Counted from the stretch's first letter, positions 39,993-50,591 are shown. The stretch: 64,000 nucleotides of DNA from Clostridia bacterium (GCA_017461385.1 JAFTXZ010000012.1:10022-74021), one strand, 5' to 3'. Notes: a model not told the origin generated them from the letters alone. Translations and numbers: made by a program.

Positions 39993-40020
39993 AAGAAAAA
40001 CTCCGATTGTATTCGGAGTT
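39993..40020 (-). terminator. Intrinsic terminator after ychF
   Basis: Hairpin AACTCCGA-atacaa-TCGGAGTT, followed on the minus strand by TTTTCTT. Confidence 0.7.
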
Positions 40021-40026
40021 AATTTC

Positions 40027-41121
40027 TTATACATTAAATCTAAACAATACAATATCTCCGTCCTGAATAACGTATTCCTTACCCTCAGAACGAACGAGAC
40101 CCTTTTCCTTTGCTGCGTTCATTGAGCCACACGCAACAAGGTCATCAAAGGAAACGATTTCTGCACGAATAAAGCCTCTTTCAAAATCAGAGTGAATCTT
40201 TCCTGCAGCACCTGGTGCCTTTGTACCCTTTGTGATTGTCCAAGCGCGAACCTCCTTAGGTCCTGCTGTCAAATAGCTGATAAGTCCTAGCAAGGAATAG
40301 CTGGCCTTAATGAGTCTGTCAAGACCACTTTCTGTTATACCAAGATCCTCAAGGAACATTCCCTTCTCGTCATCGTCAAGCTCTGCAATTTGAGCCTCTA
40401 TCTCTGCACAAACCGGGATAACCTCGCTCTTTTCTGCGTCAGCTAGCTCCTTAACTGCAAGATAAAATTTATTTTCGTTTATATCGCTTCCAATATCTGA
40501 CTCGCTAATATTAGCTGCGTAAATAATTGGCTTAATTGTAAGGAGTGCAACCTCAGAGATCATCTCTCTTTCTTCCTCATCGTACTCAAGGCTACGGGCA
40601 CTCTTACCCTCCTCAAGAGCCTTCATTACTCTTTCATAAAGAGCAAGCTTGCTAGCAAGAGTCTTATCTCCCTTCATTGCCTTTTTAACTGCGTCAATTC
40701 TTCTTTCAAGAATTTCCATATCGGAGAAAACAAGCTCAAGATTTATAGTTTCAAGATCTCTTACAGGATTTATGCTTCCGTCAACGTGAATAATGTCTGA
40801 ATTTTCAAAGCAACGAACCACGTGAACGATTGCGTCAACCTCTCTTATGTGTGAAAGAAATTTATTACCCAATCCCTCACCCTTTGAAGCGCCCTTTACT
40901 AGTCCTGCAATATCTACAAATTCAATTACGGCAGGAGTATAAAGCTCAGGGTTATACATCTTAGCCAAAACGTCAAGACGTGAGTCCGGAACTGCAACAA
41001 CACCTACGTTTGGCTCAATTGTACAGAATGGGTAGTTTGCACTTTGTGCACCTGCATTTGTAAGTGCGTTAAACAAGGTGCTTTTGCCTACATTTGGCAA
41101 TCCAACAATACCAAGTTTCAT
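40027..41121 (-). CDS. ychF: Redox-regulated ribosome-binding ATPase YchF
   Basis: G1 [18 protein letters not shown], ...[10 protein letters not shown]..., and the C-terminal TGS-like ...[13 protein letters not shown]. Confidence 0.95.
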   Translation of the reverse strand: MKLGIVGLPNVGKSTLFNALTNAGAQSANYPFCTIEPNVGVVAVPDSRLDVLAKMYNPELYTPAVIEFVDIAGLVKGASKGEGLGNKFLSHIREVDAIVHVVRCFENSDIIHVDGSINPVRDLETINLELVFSDMEILERRIDAVKKAMKGDKTLASKLALYERVMKALEEGKSARSLEYDEEEREMISEVALLTIKPIIYAANISESDIGSDINENKFYLAVKELADAEKSEVIPVCAEIEAQIAELDDDEKGMFLEDLGITESGLDRLIKASYSLLGLISYLTAGPKEVRAWTITKGTKAPGAAGKIHSDFERGFIRAEIVSFDDLVACGSMNAAKEKGLVRSEGKEYVIQDGDIVLFRFNV

Positions 41122-41363
41122 ATTTTACCTCTATTTTTTTATTTCGTTATAATTATACATTATTTTTTATAATAGTTCAAGTAATAAAGGAATTTTTTTG
41201 AAAATCTTAGTCACGTTCTTTTTTTGTACAAAAATTAAGGATAATATTGTAATTTTTATTTATATCACACCTTTTTTTCACTTAGTTTTCACATTCATAT
41301 TGTAAAATAATTAACAGTTATTAATGAAATTTTAATTTTTACTAGACTTTTGTTAAAAAATTG

Positions 41364-41392
41364 TTTACAATTGATGCTTTTTGTGTTATAAT
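41364..41392 (+). promoter_or_regulatory. Sigma-A-type promoter for the response regulator gene
   Basis: TTTACA (41364-41369), 17-nt spacer, TATAAT (41387-41392) with upstream TGT (extended -10). It lies about 40 nt before the ATG. Confidence 0.7.
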
Positions 41393-41431
41393 TTTTCTGG
41401 TAAATTTAAGCATTCTATTGCGGAGGTTTTT

Positions 41432-42136
41432 ATGCTTGGAACTAAGATGCTCGTAATTGATGACGATTTGAACATCTGCGAAATGATCAAGGTATATTTT
41501 CAAAACGAAGGATATGAGGTTGCAGTTGCTAACGACGGCATAACCGGAATGTCAATGTTTAAGAGCTACGATCCCGATATCATTTTGCTTGACCTTATGC
41601 TTCCTAAAAAGGACGGCACAGATGTTTGCCGTGAAATTAGAGCTATTTCTAATAAGCCTATGATTATGATTACTGCTAAGGGCGGGGTTTTCGACAAGGT
41701 GCTTGGTCTTGAGCTTGGTGCTGACGACTTTGTTGTTAAGCCCTTTGATATGAAGGAGCTTTTGGCAAGAGTTAAGGCTGTTTTACGTAGATATAGCGTA
41801 ATGGAAACTCATCTTGACAAGGATACCCTTAGATTCGATAATCTTGAAATAAGCCTTTCTAACCACGAATTAAAGATAAAGGGTGAAAGCGTTGATATTC
41901 CTAACAAGGAATTTATGCTTCTTCACTTCCTTGCTAAAAACTTCAACAGAGTTTTCACAAGAGACCAGCTTCTTAACAAGGTTTGGAGCTTTGATTACCT
42001 TGGAGATTCTCGTACAGTTGACGTACATATTAAGCGTCTTCGTGAAAAGCTTAATGGAGTTTCAAGCAAGTGGGAGCTTCGTACAATTTGGGGCGTTGGT
42101 TACAAATTTGAGGTTTTTCCACAAAGCAATGATTAA
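41432..42136 (+). CDS. OmpR/PhoB-family response regulator
   Basis: Receiver domain (MLVIDDD..., phospho-acceptor context ILLDLMLP, ...ITAKG...) plus winged-helix output (...RTVDVHIKRLREKL...GVGYKF). Start at the ATG after GGAGG. Confidence 0.92.
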   Translation: MLGTKMLVIDDDLNICEMIKVYFQNEGYEVAVANDGITGMSMFKSYDPDIILLDLMLPKKDGTDVCREIRAISNKPMIMITAKGGVFDKVLGLELGADDFVVKPFDMKELLARVKAVLRRYSVMETHLDKDTLRFDNLEISLSNHELKIKGESVDIPNKEFMLLHFLAKNFNRVFTRDQLLNKVWSFDYLGDSRTVDVHIKRLREKLNGVSSKWELRTIWGVGYKFEVFPQSND

Positions 42137-42138
42137 TC

Positions 42139-42177
42139 AAAAAAATGGTAGAGTTATTCTCTACCGTTTTTGTTTTT
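42139..42177. terminator. Bidirectional terminator between response regulator and ytvI-like gene
   Basis: A-run, hairpin GGTAGAG-ttatt-CTCTACC, then GTTTTTGTTTTT. It overlaps the 3' end of the minus-strand gene. Confidence 0.75.
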
Positions 42178-43257
42178 CTTCGGTTCATTTATTTCCTTAG
42201 TGCTGATTATCAGCTCAACTATTGGCTTAATACAAAACATAGCAACAGGGGCTATCAAAAGTCCCCATACTCCCAAAAGCTTAAAGCCGGCATACATTAC
42301 AAGCAAGGTAACCAAGGGGTGAATGTTCATTTGTGCACTTAATATTCTCGGCTCTGCATACTGTCTTACGGCATAAACGATTACAGAGGTTATTATTAGC
42401 CCGACCCCTAGCCTTATATCTCCATAAATAATCATAACAATTGCCCATGGTAGCATAATGATAGGTGCTCCTAGTATAGGGAGCATATCTGCTATGCTTA
42501 TAACTAACGCTAAAACAAAGGAGTTTTCAACACCCAAAATCAAATAAGCTGAAAACAATATTGCAAAGGTAATAAGAAGCAATAGCAAATATGATTTTAT
42601 GCATTTTTCAATTGCCCTTAGCGTATCTCTTTTGAATACCATTGCAACCCTATGTAGCTTTTTGGGTATTATTCTCTCAATTTTTTCGCTGATTTTGTCA
42701 TAATCCTTCGCAAAATAAAAAAGAGACAACACAAAGACTATTATCCAAAGGGCTATTTCTGGTAGATTTTTAATTACTTCTGCTAAAGTAGATGTAATGC
42801 TAATGCTCGCATTTTTTATTCCCTCAGTAATTATCTCCTCAGCCATTTGATAAACTAGATCCTCGTCCCCTGTTAAGCTTTTGACAAATGGAAGCTTATC
42901 TTCTATGATTTTAACAAAATCAAACAGTATAGTTAACACGTTTTGCTCTTTTGACAAATTATTCATAAGCTCGTTTACTATGTTTCCTATCTCCCTTGCT
43001 ACTACGCCAAGAAGCATAGCGAGCAACAAAATACTAATTGCGCTAAGAAAAAGAACAGCTCCTACGCTTATTAAGGACATTGGTGCTTTTGTTTTAGTGG
43101 CTAGGGCTTTAACTGTTGGTCTTGTCAACAAAGATATCACCATAGCTACAAGAAATGGGAAAATCACCTGAAATGCCAGCTTAAAAAACAAATATATCAT
43201 AGCTATCAAAATAAGCGCTGAAAGCGATATGTAAACAAATCTCTTATATCTCTCCAT
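42154..43257 (-). CDS. ytvI: AI-2E/PerM-family permease, YtvI-like sporulation integral membrane protein
   Basis: 367-aa multi-TM protein with the family layout (N-terminal ...FPFLVAMVISLL.RP...). Assignment to YtvI versus a generic AI-2E member is tentative. Confidence 0.7.
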   Translation of the reverse strand: MERYKRFVYISLSALILIAMIYLFFKLAFQVIFPFLVAMVISLLTRPTVKALATKTKAPMSLISVGAVLFLSAISILLLAMLLGVVAREIGNIVNELMNNLSKEQNVLTILFDFVKIIEDKLPFVKSLTGDEDLVYQMAEEIITEGIKNASISITSTLAEVIKNLPEIALWIIVFVLSLFYFAKDYDKISEKIERIIPKKLHRVAMVFKRDTLRAIEKCIKSYLLLLLITFAILFSAYLILGVENSFVLALVISIADMLPILGAPIIMLPWAIVMIIYGDIRLGVGLIITSVIVYAVRQYAEPRILSAQMNIHPLVTLLVMYAGFKLLGVWGLLIAPVAMFCIKPIVELIISTKEINEPKKNKNGRE

Positions 43258-43319
43258 TTTTCTCTCCTCGAAATACAGTTACAATGAGCATTCCTCTTTA
43301 ATAAAAGTATTAAACAAGA

Positions 43320-43348
43320 TTGACTTTTATCTGCTTTTCTGCTAAAAT
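43320..43348 (+). promoter_or_regulatory. Sigma-A-type promoter for ppiB
   Basis: TTGACT, 17-nt spacer, TAAAAT, about 30 nt before the ATG. Confidence 0.65.
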
Positions 43349-43377
43349 AAATAAAAAAGATTTTTCGAGGTGCAATT

Positions 43378-43848
43378 ATGATTCGTATAGAAATGGAAAA
43401 CGGTGGAATTATTGACATTGAGCTTTATGAGGACAAGGCTCCTATTACTGTTAAAAACTTTGTTAAGCTTGTTAGTGAGGGCTTTTACGACGGACTTATA
43501 TTCCACAGAGTTATAAAGGGTTTTATGATTCAAGGTGGCGATCCAACTGGTACTGGTATGGGTGGCTCTGGTCAGAATATTACTGGTGAGTTTCGTATAA
43601 ACGGTATAAAGAACGATATTTCTCACAAAAGAGGTGTTATCTCTATGGCTCGTGCTCAGAGCTTTAACTCTGCCTCATCTCAGTTCTTTATTATGCATAA
43701 GGATTGCGCTCAGCTTGACGGTAGCTATGCTGCCTTTGGTAAGGTTGTAGCTGGTATGGAGGTTGTTGATGAGATTGCATCAATTCCTACTGATTTCAGA
43801 GATCGTCCTGTTACGGATATGAGAATGAAGAAGGTTTCTATAGTTTAA
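43378..43848 (+). CDS. ppiB: Cyclophilin-type peptidyl-prolyl cis-trans isomerase
   Basis: Motifs FHRVIKGFMIQGGDP, ...GVISMARA...SQFFI. Confidence 0.94.
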   Translation: MIRIEMENGGIIDIELYEDKAPITVKNFVKLVSEGFYDGLIFHRVIKGFMIQGGDPTGTGMGGSGQNITGEFRINGIKNDISHKRGVISMARAQSFNSASSQFFIMHKDCAQLDGSYAAFGKVVAGMEVVDEIASIPTDFRDRPVTDMRMKKVSIV

Positions 43849-43851
43849 TTT

Positions 43852-44388
43852 ATGAAAAAATTCACTTTATTCGATCTTGTGCTTTTCACCATGTACGGTG
43901 CATTAATGTTTGTTTTCGATCTTGCGTTTGAAATGCTACCTAACATTCATGGTGTTGCCTTGATTATTTGTGTGATTACCTTGATTTACAGATCCCGTGC
44001 ACTCATATCGATTGCAATTTACGTTTCGCTTAACGCAATTATTGCTGTTGCTTCATCTATAAATGCATTATGGTGGGTGCCCTACATATACATTTTCCCT
44101 ATACTATGGATTTTTATTATGCTTATACCAAAAGGGCTTTCACTTAAGGTAAAGGTTATTTTGTGTGCCATAGCATCGGGAGTACATGGACTTATCTTTG
44201 GCACGCTCTATTCGCCATTTCAAGCAATTATGTTTGGACTTGATATAAATGGTATGCTTGCATGGATTGTTGCAGGTCTGCCTTGGGATTTGGTTCATTG
44301 CCTTGGCAATATTGCTATGTGCACGCTTATTTATCCCCTGTATAAGGTTCTTGTTAAGCTTGAGGAATCACGTGAAAAAAGGAAATAA
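43852..44388 (+). CDS. Hypothetical integral membrane protein (about 5 TM; possibly ECF S-component-like)
   Basis: 178-aa hydrophobic ORF starting 3 nt after ppiB. I recognise no diagnostic motif. Confidence 0.55.
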   Translation: MKKFTLFDLVLFTMYGALMFVFDLAFEMLPNIHGVALIICVITLIYRSRALISIAIYVSLNAIIAVASSINALWWVPYIYIFPILWIFIMLIPKGLSLKVKVILCAIASGVHGLIFGTLYSPFQAIMFGLDINGMLAWIVAGLPWDLVHCLGNIAMCTLIYPLYKVLVKLEESREKRK

Positions 44389-44432
44389 AAAAGCAGAATA
44401 TGGAGCTTATTCCATATCCTGCTTTTTATTTT
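44387..44432. terminator. Bidirectional terminator
   Basis: Long imperfect hairpin AAGCAGAATATGGA-gcttat-TCCATATCCTGCTT flanked by A/T runs. It overlaps the stop of the minus-strand HAD gene. Confidence 0.75.
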
Positions 44433-44991
44433 TGAATTTCCAAGGCTTAAGCCTTTCGCCCTTAACTATATATGCTCTTTCGGCAAGCATTGCAAGAGGG
44501 GTGTCACTATACATATCGGAATAAAATTCATTCACGTGCGCATCTGGATATATCTCCATTAGTCTGCGAACCTTTTCCTCGCCATGATAATTGGTTCCGT
44601 AAAAAATGCCTATATGCTTATCTACCCTTGAGCCAATTACCCTTTCAACACCAAGCATCTTACCTATCGGCTTTATCAGGTATTCTGGAGATGCAGTAAT
44701 TACAATATCGGTTGGATTTTTCTTCTCAAGGTACCATTTATGAACCTTTTTTATATTGATTTTCCAAAAATCCTCAACTGCCTGATCGATATCATCTACG
44801 GCACCTGCAAATCTTAAAAACTTGCTTTTGAATTTAGTTTTCTTCACAATTCTTAAAAGATAACCTAGTCCGTAAAACATAGTTGGCAAAACATATTTCC
44901 ATGTCTTTGGATATCTTTTTAGGCAATAAAAGAAAAAGTCCGTAGAGCTTTCTCCGTGATATATTGTGCCATCAAAATCGTATATATTCAT
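44407..44991 (-). CDS. HAD-superfamily hydrolase (subfamily IB-like)
   Basis: Motif I IYDFDGTIY, and a late acidic motif ...FYSDMYSDTPL. Confidence 0.7.
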   Translation of the reverse strand: MNIYDFDGTIYHGESSTDFFFYCLKRYPKTWKYVLPTMFYGLGYLLRIVKKTKFKSKFLRFAGAVDDIDQAVEDFWKINIKKVHKWYLEKKNPTDIVITASPEYLIKPIGKMLGVERVIGSRVDKHIGIFYGTNYHGEEKVRRLMEIYPDAHVNEFYSDMYSDTPLAMLAERAYIVKGERLKPWKFKNKKQDME

Positions 44992-45017
44992 ATTATTTTC
45001 CTCGTGAAAAGAGGTGC

Positions 45018-46358
45018 TTATTCGGCACCCTCTTCCTTCACATTTTTAGTAACGTGAATTTGTTCAACACGCTTTGCGCTTGTTTTCGTTATTTCTATTC
45101 TATATCCCTGATACTCAAAGCAATCGCCCCTTTGAGGAAAGCTTTCAAGCTCCTTCATTACAAAGCCGTTTACTGTTTGAGGCATATCCTCATCCTCAGG
45201 GTATACAAGCTCAAGCTTCTCAAAGAACTCCTCAAGCTCAGCTGAGCATTGTACTATGTAGCTACCATCCTCAAGCTCCTTGAAGTCGCTAGCCTCCTCC
45301 TCGTCATGCTCATCAAGCACGTCGCCGATTAGCTCCTCAATGATATCCTCCATAGTAACGATACCCATTGTTCCACCAAACTCATCAACAACGATTGCAA
45401 GGTGGCACTTTTTGCTTTTTAAGAGCTTTAGAAGATCAGCAATTTTAATATGCTCAGACACGTGTACGGGCTTTTGCAGGTATTTCATAATTGTCTTGTT
45501 GTTATTGTGGTAGGCAATAAAGAAGTCCTTTTCGTGTAGAACACCAACAATATCATCCATATCCTCACCATAAACCGGCAAACGGGAGTAGGCGTTTTCT
45601 ATAAAGGTCTTAGCAATATTTGCGATGCTTTCATCCTTAGAAATTGCGCAAACCTCTACACGTGGTGTCAAAATATCGCCTGCACACACATCGTTAAACT
45701 CAATCGCAGAACGAATTAGCTGACCCTCATCACTTTCAAGAGAGCCCTCCTCCTCTGCCTCGTCAACAATATTTATTAGCTCATCCTCAGTAAAGGATGG
45801 TTTCTCCTTTGAGTGAAAGATTTTACCAACTAATCTGCCTATACCAACAAAAATGACGCTTAGCGGTGTAAGTACAATAACCAATGCGTTTACAATTCCG
45901 CAAAGACTCAGCACTGATTTATCTGCAGTTTCTCTTGATGCAACCCTTGGAATGATTTCTCCAAAAATCAAAATCGCCAACGTTACAGCAGACGCTGCCA
46001 CTGTTGTAGCAATTCCCTCACGACTTGGATCTGTGCTTGCAATAAGAAAGATAAAGAAAAGGGTTGAAATCACAGAAAGAGTAACGTTTGTAATACAATC
46101 AAGAACAATTACACTAGTTTCTAGCTTATCGTATTTTTCATCCAGCTTAACCACAAGCATGGCTCTTTTATCGCCACTCTGTGCCATATTTTTAATTCTA
46201 GCCTTGTTGTAAGAGGAAAATGCAGATGCAATAGAAGAAAAGAATGCAGACAGAAGGAGCAACACTCCCATAACTATTGGCATCCATACTGGGAATGTGG
46301 TTGGTTGTGGTGTGCCTTGTAAAAAAAGATTGAATAAAGTATTAGGGACAGGGTCCAT
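45018..46358 (-). CDS. Hemolysin-family/CNNM protein (DUF21 - CBS pair - CorC_HlyC)
   Basis: N-terminal 4-TM DUF21, a CBS pair (...DILTPRVEV..., ...RLPVYGEDMDDIVGVLHEKD...) and a C-terminal transporter-associated domain. Confidence 0.85.
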   Translation of the reverse strand: MDPVPNTLFNLFLQGTPQPTTFPVWMPIVMGVLLLLSAFFSSIASAFSSYNKARIKNMAQSGDKRAMLVVKLDEKYDKLETSVIVLDCITNVTLSVISTLFFIFLIASTDPSREGIATTVAASAVTLAILIFGEIIPRVASRETADKSVLSLCGIVNALVIVLTPLSVIFVGIGRLVGKIFHSKEKPSFTEDELINIVDEAEEEGSLESDEGQLIRSAIEFNDVCAGDILTPRVEVCAISKDESIANIAKTFIENAYSRLPVYGEDMDDIVGVLHEKDFFIAYHNNNKTIMKYLQKPVHVSEHIKIADLLKLLKSKKCHLAIVVDEFGGTMGIVTMEDIIEELIGDVLDEHDEEEASDFKELEDGSYIVQCSAELEEFFEKLELVYPEDEDMPQTVNGFVMKELESFPQRGDCFEYQGYRIEITKTSAKRVEQIHVTKNVKEEGAE

Positions 46359-46520
46359 TTTAATTTTTATTTCCTTTCAAAATTTTCAAGTATTATAACA
46401 TATATTATAAATAAAGTCAAGTGTTTGGGTGCAAGATAATCGACCTTATGCTCGCAAGACACCTATATTTTGGTAAAATTTTCTTTTATTTCTTAAAAAA
46501 CAGACACTCTCGGGCACTTT

Positions 46521-47606
46521 TTATAGATATTTTTCAAAAAGCTCATCAACTCTTTGAATATCCCCTTCGGTCATCAGGTGCTTATATTTATTGTGATATG
46601 CAACAAGTGCATCCTTGTTTATTTTCTTTGGCGCCTTACCTACTCGTCTTTCAAAATTGCCACATACAATATCCTCTATTGCATTTTGTGGCAAATTCAA
46701 GCCACTTTCGTATCTGTCGTCAAATGCCTTAACTACATCATCACATGACACATAACGATATACTCTATCCATTAACCACATAAATGATTCCGTTTTAGAG
46801 GGGAAGCTTGAGTCTGTTCCGAGCTCTATTCTTTTTGAATACTTGGTAAAGAAATTCTTATAATATTCCTTGTTCTCATAGAATGAAATATACATTTCCC
46901 AGCCAGGGGTTAAGTCAACTGCTACGTTAGGATATTTTTCAAATAGCTCTACTAAATCCTCGGGAGTTTCCGATTTGAAAAAGAAATGTGCAAAGGTTAC
47001 GCAAAGCTTAGGATGTTTTTCAAGAATTGCATAAGCCTGTCTATATAGCTCCTCGTGTGTTGCAAAGGTGCCATCACCATAGAACCAGCCGTGGTCGATT
47101 GTATCCTGAGAAACCTTATCCTTATCCCAAAATTCCTTTGGGTCATTTACGTGAAACAGAATGTGTGTGCCCTGCTTTTCAGCCTCAGCAAAAAACTTGT
47201 CATATTCCTTGTGTAAAAGATTCTTACCCACTTTTTTGTTGAGTGTTGGCTTGCCCTCAAGCATTTTTACGCCGTCAAAGCCAATTTCCATTAGCTCGTT
47301 TAGCTGTGTTACAAAGTCCATTCCTTCTGGCAAGGACTCGCCAAGTGGATACTGGTCGTATAGCAATCCGCCGTGTGCATAGGTTGTTTCATCTACTAGC
47401 TTATATACGGCACACATAATATTACTTGTAACGTCTGCTCCATAGCCTGATGGAAGCGCTGCAAGATTAAGGGCAGATATGCCCATATTTCTTTTATATT
47501 CATCAAAGCAACCGATAAAGTTCTCTCCATTACTATTTGTCCATGCTTCAATATGAAGGTGTCCATCTATTACCTTATGCTTTACTTTAGGAAATTCATT
47601 ATTCAT
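46521..47606 (-). CDS. Amidohydrolase-family metal-dependent hydrolase
   Basis: N-terminal IDGHLHI metal-binding motif and TIM-barrel-length ORF (361 aa). Confidence 0.62.
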   Translation of the reverse strand: MNNEFPKVKHKVIDGHLHIEAWTNSNGENFIGCFDEYKRNMGISALNLAALPSGYGADVTSNIMCAVYKLVDETTYAHGGLLYDQYPLGESLPEGMDFVTQLNELMEIGFDGVKMLEGKPTLNKKVGKNLLHKEYDKFFAEAEKQGTHILFHVNDPKEFWDKDKVSQDTIDHGWFYGDGTFATHEELYRQAYAILEKHPKLCVTFAHFFFKSETPEDLVELFEKYPNVAVDLTPGWEMYISFYENKEYYKNFFTKYSKRIELGTDSSFPSKTESFMWLMDRVYRYVSCDDVVKAFDDRYESGLNLPQNAIEDIVCGNFERRVGKAPKKINKDALVAYHNKYKHLMTEGDIQRVDELFEKYL

Positions 47607-47735
47607 AGTATAGCTCCTTTTTGTTTATATCTCAATTGTATCATATTTCATTGTTCATTTGTTGATTTTTGGTAATATTCTTTTATTTTTTTGAATAAAT
47701 TTTACTAATTAAATTAAAAAAGGACGGGTATTTAG

Positions 47736-49202
47736 ATGAATATTTACGAGGATATCGCAAAACGTACTAATGGTGAAATTTATCTTGGCGTTGTAGGACC
47801 TGTACGAAGCGGAAAATCAACATTTGTTAAAAAGTTTCTTGATACACTTGTTGTACCTAATATCGCTTCAGAATACGACAAGGAACGTGCAAAGGATGAA
47901 TCTCCTCAAAGTGCATCCGGGAAAACAATTATGACGACTGAACCAAAATTTATTCCTGATGAAGCAGTTTCTGTTGAAATTGGGACATCAAGAATGAAAA
48001 TGCGACTAATTGATTGTGTTGGGTATATGGTTGATGGTGCAATTGGTGGCGAGGAAAACGGCGAGGTTCGTATGGTTAACACGCCCTGGAGCAAGACACC
48101 TCTTGAGTTTGAAAAGGCTGCCGAGCTTGGTACAAAAAAGGTTATTCGTGACCACTCTACTATTGGTGTTATTGTAACAACAGATGGCTCTATCGGTGAG
48201 CTTAGCCGTGATAGCTACGAAAAGGCTGAAATTAGAGTTGTAAAGGAGCTTCAAAGCATTGGTAAGCCATTTGTTATAGTCTTGAATTCTGCTAATCCTC
48301 AAAACGAAGATACTCAAGAGCTTGCAAGACAGCTTGAGTTAAAATATGGCGCACCAGTTGCTCTTATTAATGCAACTGAGCTTAGCTATGAGGATTTTGA
48401 GGGTATAATTGAGCTTTTATTAAGCCAATTCAATATAACTGAAATTGAATTCAAGCTTCCACCCTATATCAGTACACTAGAAAATAATCATTGGTTAAAG
48501 GAAAGTTTGCTAACAAGTATAAAGGAATCACTTGTAGATGTACAGAAAATTGATGACATTAAAAAATGCTACGAGCATTTAAGAAAAAATCCTTATCTAG
48601 ACGGTACACCAACCCCCTCTTATGATTTAGGAAATGGAGTATGCCAGCTTACTGTCAATCTAAAAAATGATCTATATTACCAGGTTATGACCGAGCTTTG
48701 CGGTGTTAAAATTGAAAATGACCAAGAGCTATTTAACTGTATCAAATGTCTATCAGAAAGCAAGAAGGAGTTTGATAAATTAGTAAGTGCAATAGATGAG
48801 GTAAATTCAACAGGCTATGGAATTGTTTTGCCTGAGGTTGAGGATATGGTGCTTGAGGAGCCAGAAATAACCAAGCACGGTGGCAATTACGGAATAAAGC
48901 TTAAGGCGTCAGCACCATCAATACATCTAATAAGAGCGTCAATTGAAACAGAAATTAATCCTATAGTTGGAAGTGCTGATCAATCCGAGGAAATTATTAA
49001 GGATTTACTTGATGAGTTTAGAGATGACCCTAAAATGCTTTGGAATTCAAAAATGTTCGGCAAATCTCTATATGAGCTTGTGAATGATGGTTTACACGCA
49101 AAGCTATCACACATTTCACCAGAATCAAGAACAAAGTTATCTGACACTCTGACAAGAGTAATAAACGAAGGCTCAAATGGTTTAATCTGCATAATTTTAT
49201 AA
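47736..49202 (+). CDS. spoIVA: Stage IV sporulation protein A (spore coat morphogenetic ATPase)
   Basis: MNIYEDIAKRTNGEIYLGVVGPVRSGKSTFVKKF (Walker A), length of about 490 aa, and a conserved C-terminus ...NEGSNGLICIIL. Confidence 0.94.
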   Translation: MNIYEDIAKRTNGEIYLGVVGPVRSGKSTFVKKFLDTLVVPNIASEYDKERAKDESPQSASGKTIMTTEPKFIPDEAVSVEIGTSRMKMRLIDCVGYMVDGAIGGEENGEVRMVNTPWSKTPLEFEKAAELGTKKVIRDHSTIGVIVTTDGSIGELSRDSYEKAEIRVVKELQSIGKPFVIVLNSANPQNEDTQELARQLELKYGAPVALINATELSYEDFEGIIELLLSQFNITEIEFKLPPYISTLENNHWLKESLLTSIKESLVDVQKIDDIKKCYEHLRKNPYLDGTPTPSYDLGNGVCQLTVNLKNDLYYQVMTELCGVKIENDQELFNCIKCLSESKKEFDKLVSAIDEVNSTGYGIVLPEVEDMVLEEPEITKHGGNYGIKLKASAPSIHLIRASIETEINPIVGSADQSEEIIKDLLDEFRDDPKMLWNSKMFGKSLYELVNDGLHAKLSHISPESRTKLSDTLTRVINEGSNGLICIIL

Positions 49203-49391
49203 TTATTGTCCTCATTTTTAATTATGTAGTGCTCATCTGTTCAGTTGTTCATATTTGAATGTAAACATTTTACAGAGCAAATCACTATATCTTGTTATAT
49301 TTTTAACTATTTCTCACTATTTTGTCAAATATAAAAATACTAATCTTATCATTTTATGTATTAACTCATAAAGATTCAAGTTATAATACAC

Positions 49392-49424
49392 AAAAAAAGC
49401 TTCGTCATCGACGAAGCTTTTTTA
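49392..49424. terminator. Bidirectional intrinsic terminator
   Basis: AAAAAAAGCTTCGTC-at-GACGAAGCTTTTTT, about 190 nt after the spoIVA stop and about 120 nt after the minus-strand SGNH gene stop. Confidence 0.85.
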
Positions 49425-49541
49425 TATTATACAACTAAAAACTTTTACAATTCTCTTTATTTCATTACTTTTTCTTTCAAAAGAAAGCAATAATCTTATA
49501 AAAATCTCCTTGAAAATGGTGTTTTTTTGCGCAATAATTTA

Positions 49542-50591
49542 TCATAGGTGGATTTTTTTAATAAAATCAAGAGCCAATTCCTTGCATCCTTCAGCATCTG
49601 GGTGCCCACCATACTTAGCTTGATTTTCAAATGGAGGCTCCTTTCCCCAGATGGGGACAACATTGTAAACCTCTGTAATTTCTGAAAGATCACTTAGTAT
49701 GTATTGGTTGATTTTCTTCCATTTTTCAGTGGTGCCTTCATCATAATCAAATGGTGGAATTGTAAACAGAATCGTTCTTGTGCCGTTGTTTTGCAGGATT
49801 TCAACTATCTTTTTTAGGTTCATTTTAATCTGCTCCGTAGTATAACCACGACCTAAATCGTTAACACCAAAGCAGATTGTAACGACATCCATTTGCTTAG
49901 CCTTATTGAGCCACGCACCATTTGTAGCTGCATCAGCTGCCCGCCCAAAGCCAATTCCTAAATTCCAATAGGAATAAACATCGCCGATTTTTTCAGCTAT
50001 TATAGCATTCCAATGCTTATACGAATCTCTTTCAGTTCCTATTCCTTGTGTAATAGAGTCACCTAAAAAGCCAATTTTCTTTTCTACATGACAAGCAATT
50101 CCCACCATATTAGGCAATGGAACAAAGCGATTTAGCTCCCAATTCTCGCCATTTTTAACGTATGTATTTATGTTTATTTCTTCAAAATAAGGAATTTTTT
50201 CTCCAGAAAATTCTATTTCAAAGTATAACTCCGCACCTTTTGTTACATCAAGAATCACAGGGTCTGTATAAAATATTTCATCGTTTGAAACACATTTTTC
50301 CTTATTTCCTTGGAAATATAATTTAGTTTCATTTACAATATCGGCACTTTTAATGCACGCCTTTAGGCTATGTATTACCCATTGACCACAAGACTCATTT
50401 GCTACTGATATACTGCCATCTGCATAAGTGCTATCTATGGTGTCACTAAACAAAAGGCTATATTCATATATACCGTAGCTAAATGGCTTTATATATATTC
50501 TGCCAACTCTTCTTTCATTATTGGTTGAAAAATAACATTGGTTCGACGTGCCTGCCAATGTATTGGATACATATTTATCAAAATAACTCAT
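49542..50591 (-). CDS. SGNH/GDSL-family hydrolase with N-terminal beta-rich domain
   Basis: Block I GFLGDSITQG, block III FGVND, and a late ...GHPD... (block V-like). Confidence 0.75.
   Translation of the reverse strand: MSYFDKYVSNTLAGTSNQCYFSTNNERRVGRIYIKPFSYGIYEYSLLFSDTIDSTYADGSISVANESCGQWVIHSLKACIKSADIVNETKLYFQGNKEKCVSNDEIFYTDPVILDVTKGAELYFEIEFSGEKIPYFEEININTYVKNGENWELNRFVPLPNMVGIACHVEKKIGFLGDSITQGIGTERDSYKHWNAIIAEKIGDVYSYWNLGIGFGRAADAATNGAWLNKAKQMDVVTICFGVNDLGRGYTTEQIKMNLKKIVEILQNNGTRTILFTIPPFDYDEGTTEKWKKINQYILSDLSEITEVYNVVPIWGKEPPFENQAKYGGHPDAEGCKELALDFIKKIHL

Noticed and set aside
47607-47735. Sigma-E promoter for spoIVA
   Set aside because: A TCATATT-like element is present, but I could not pair it with a convincing CATACA-T -10 box at the correct spacing, so it is not reported as a feature.
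49203-49391. Possible small RNA or small gene in the ~190-nt stretch between spoIVA and the shared terminator
   Set aside because: There is no convincing promoter at a sensible distance from the terminator, no conserved structure I can recognise and no ORF with an RBS. It is most simply a long spoIVA 3' UTR.
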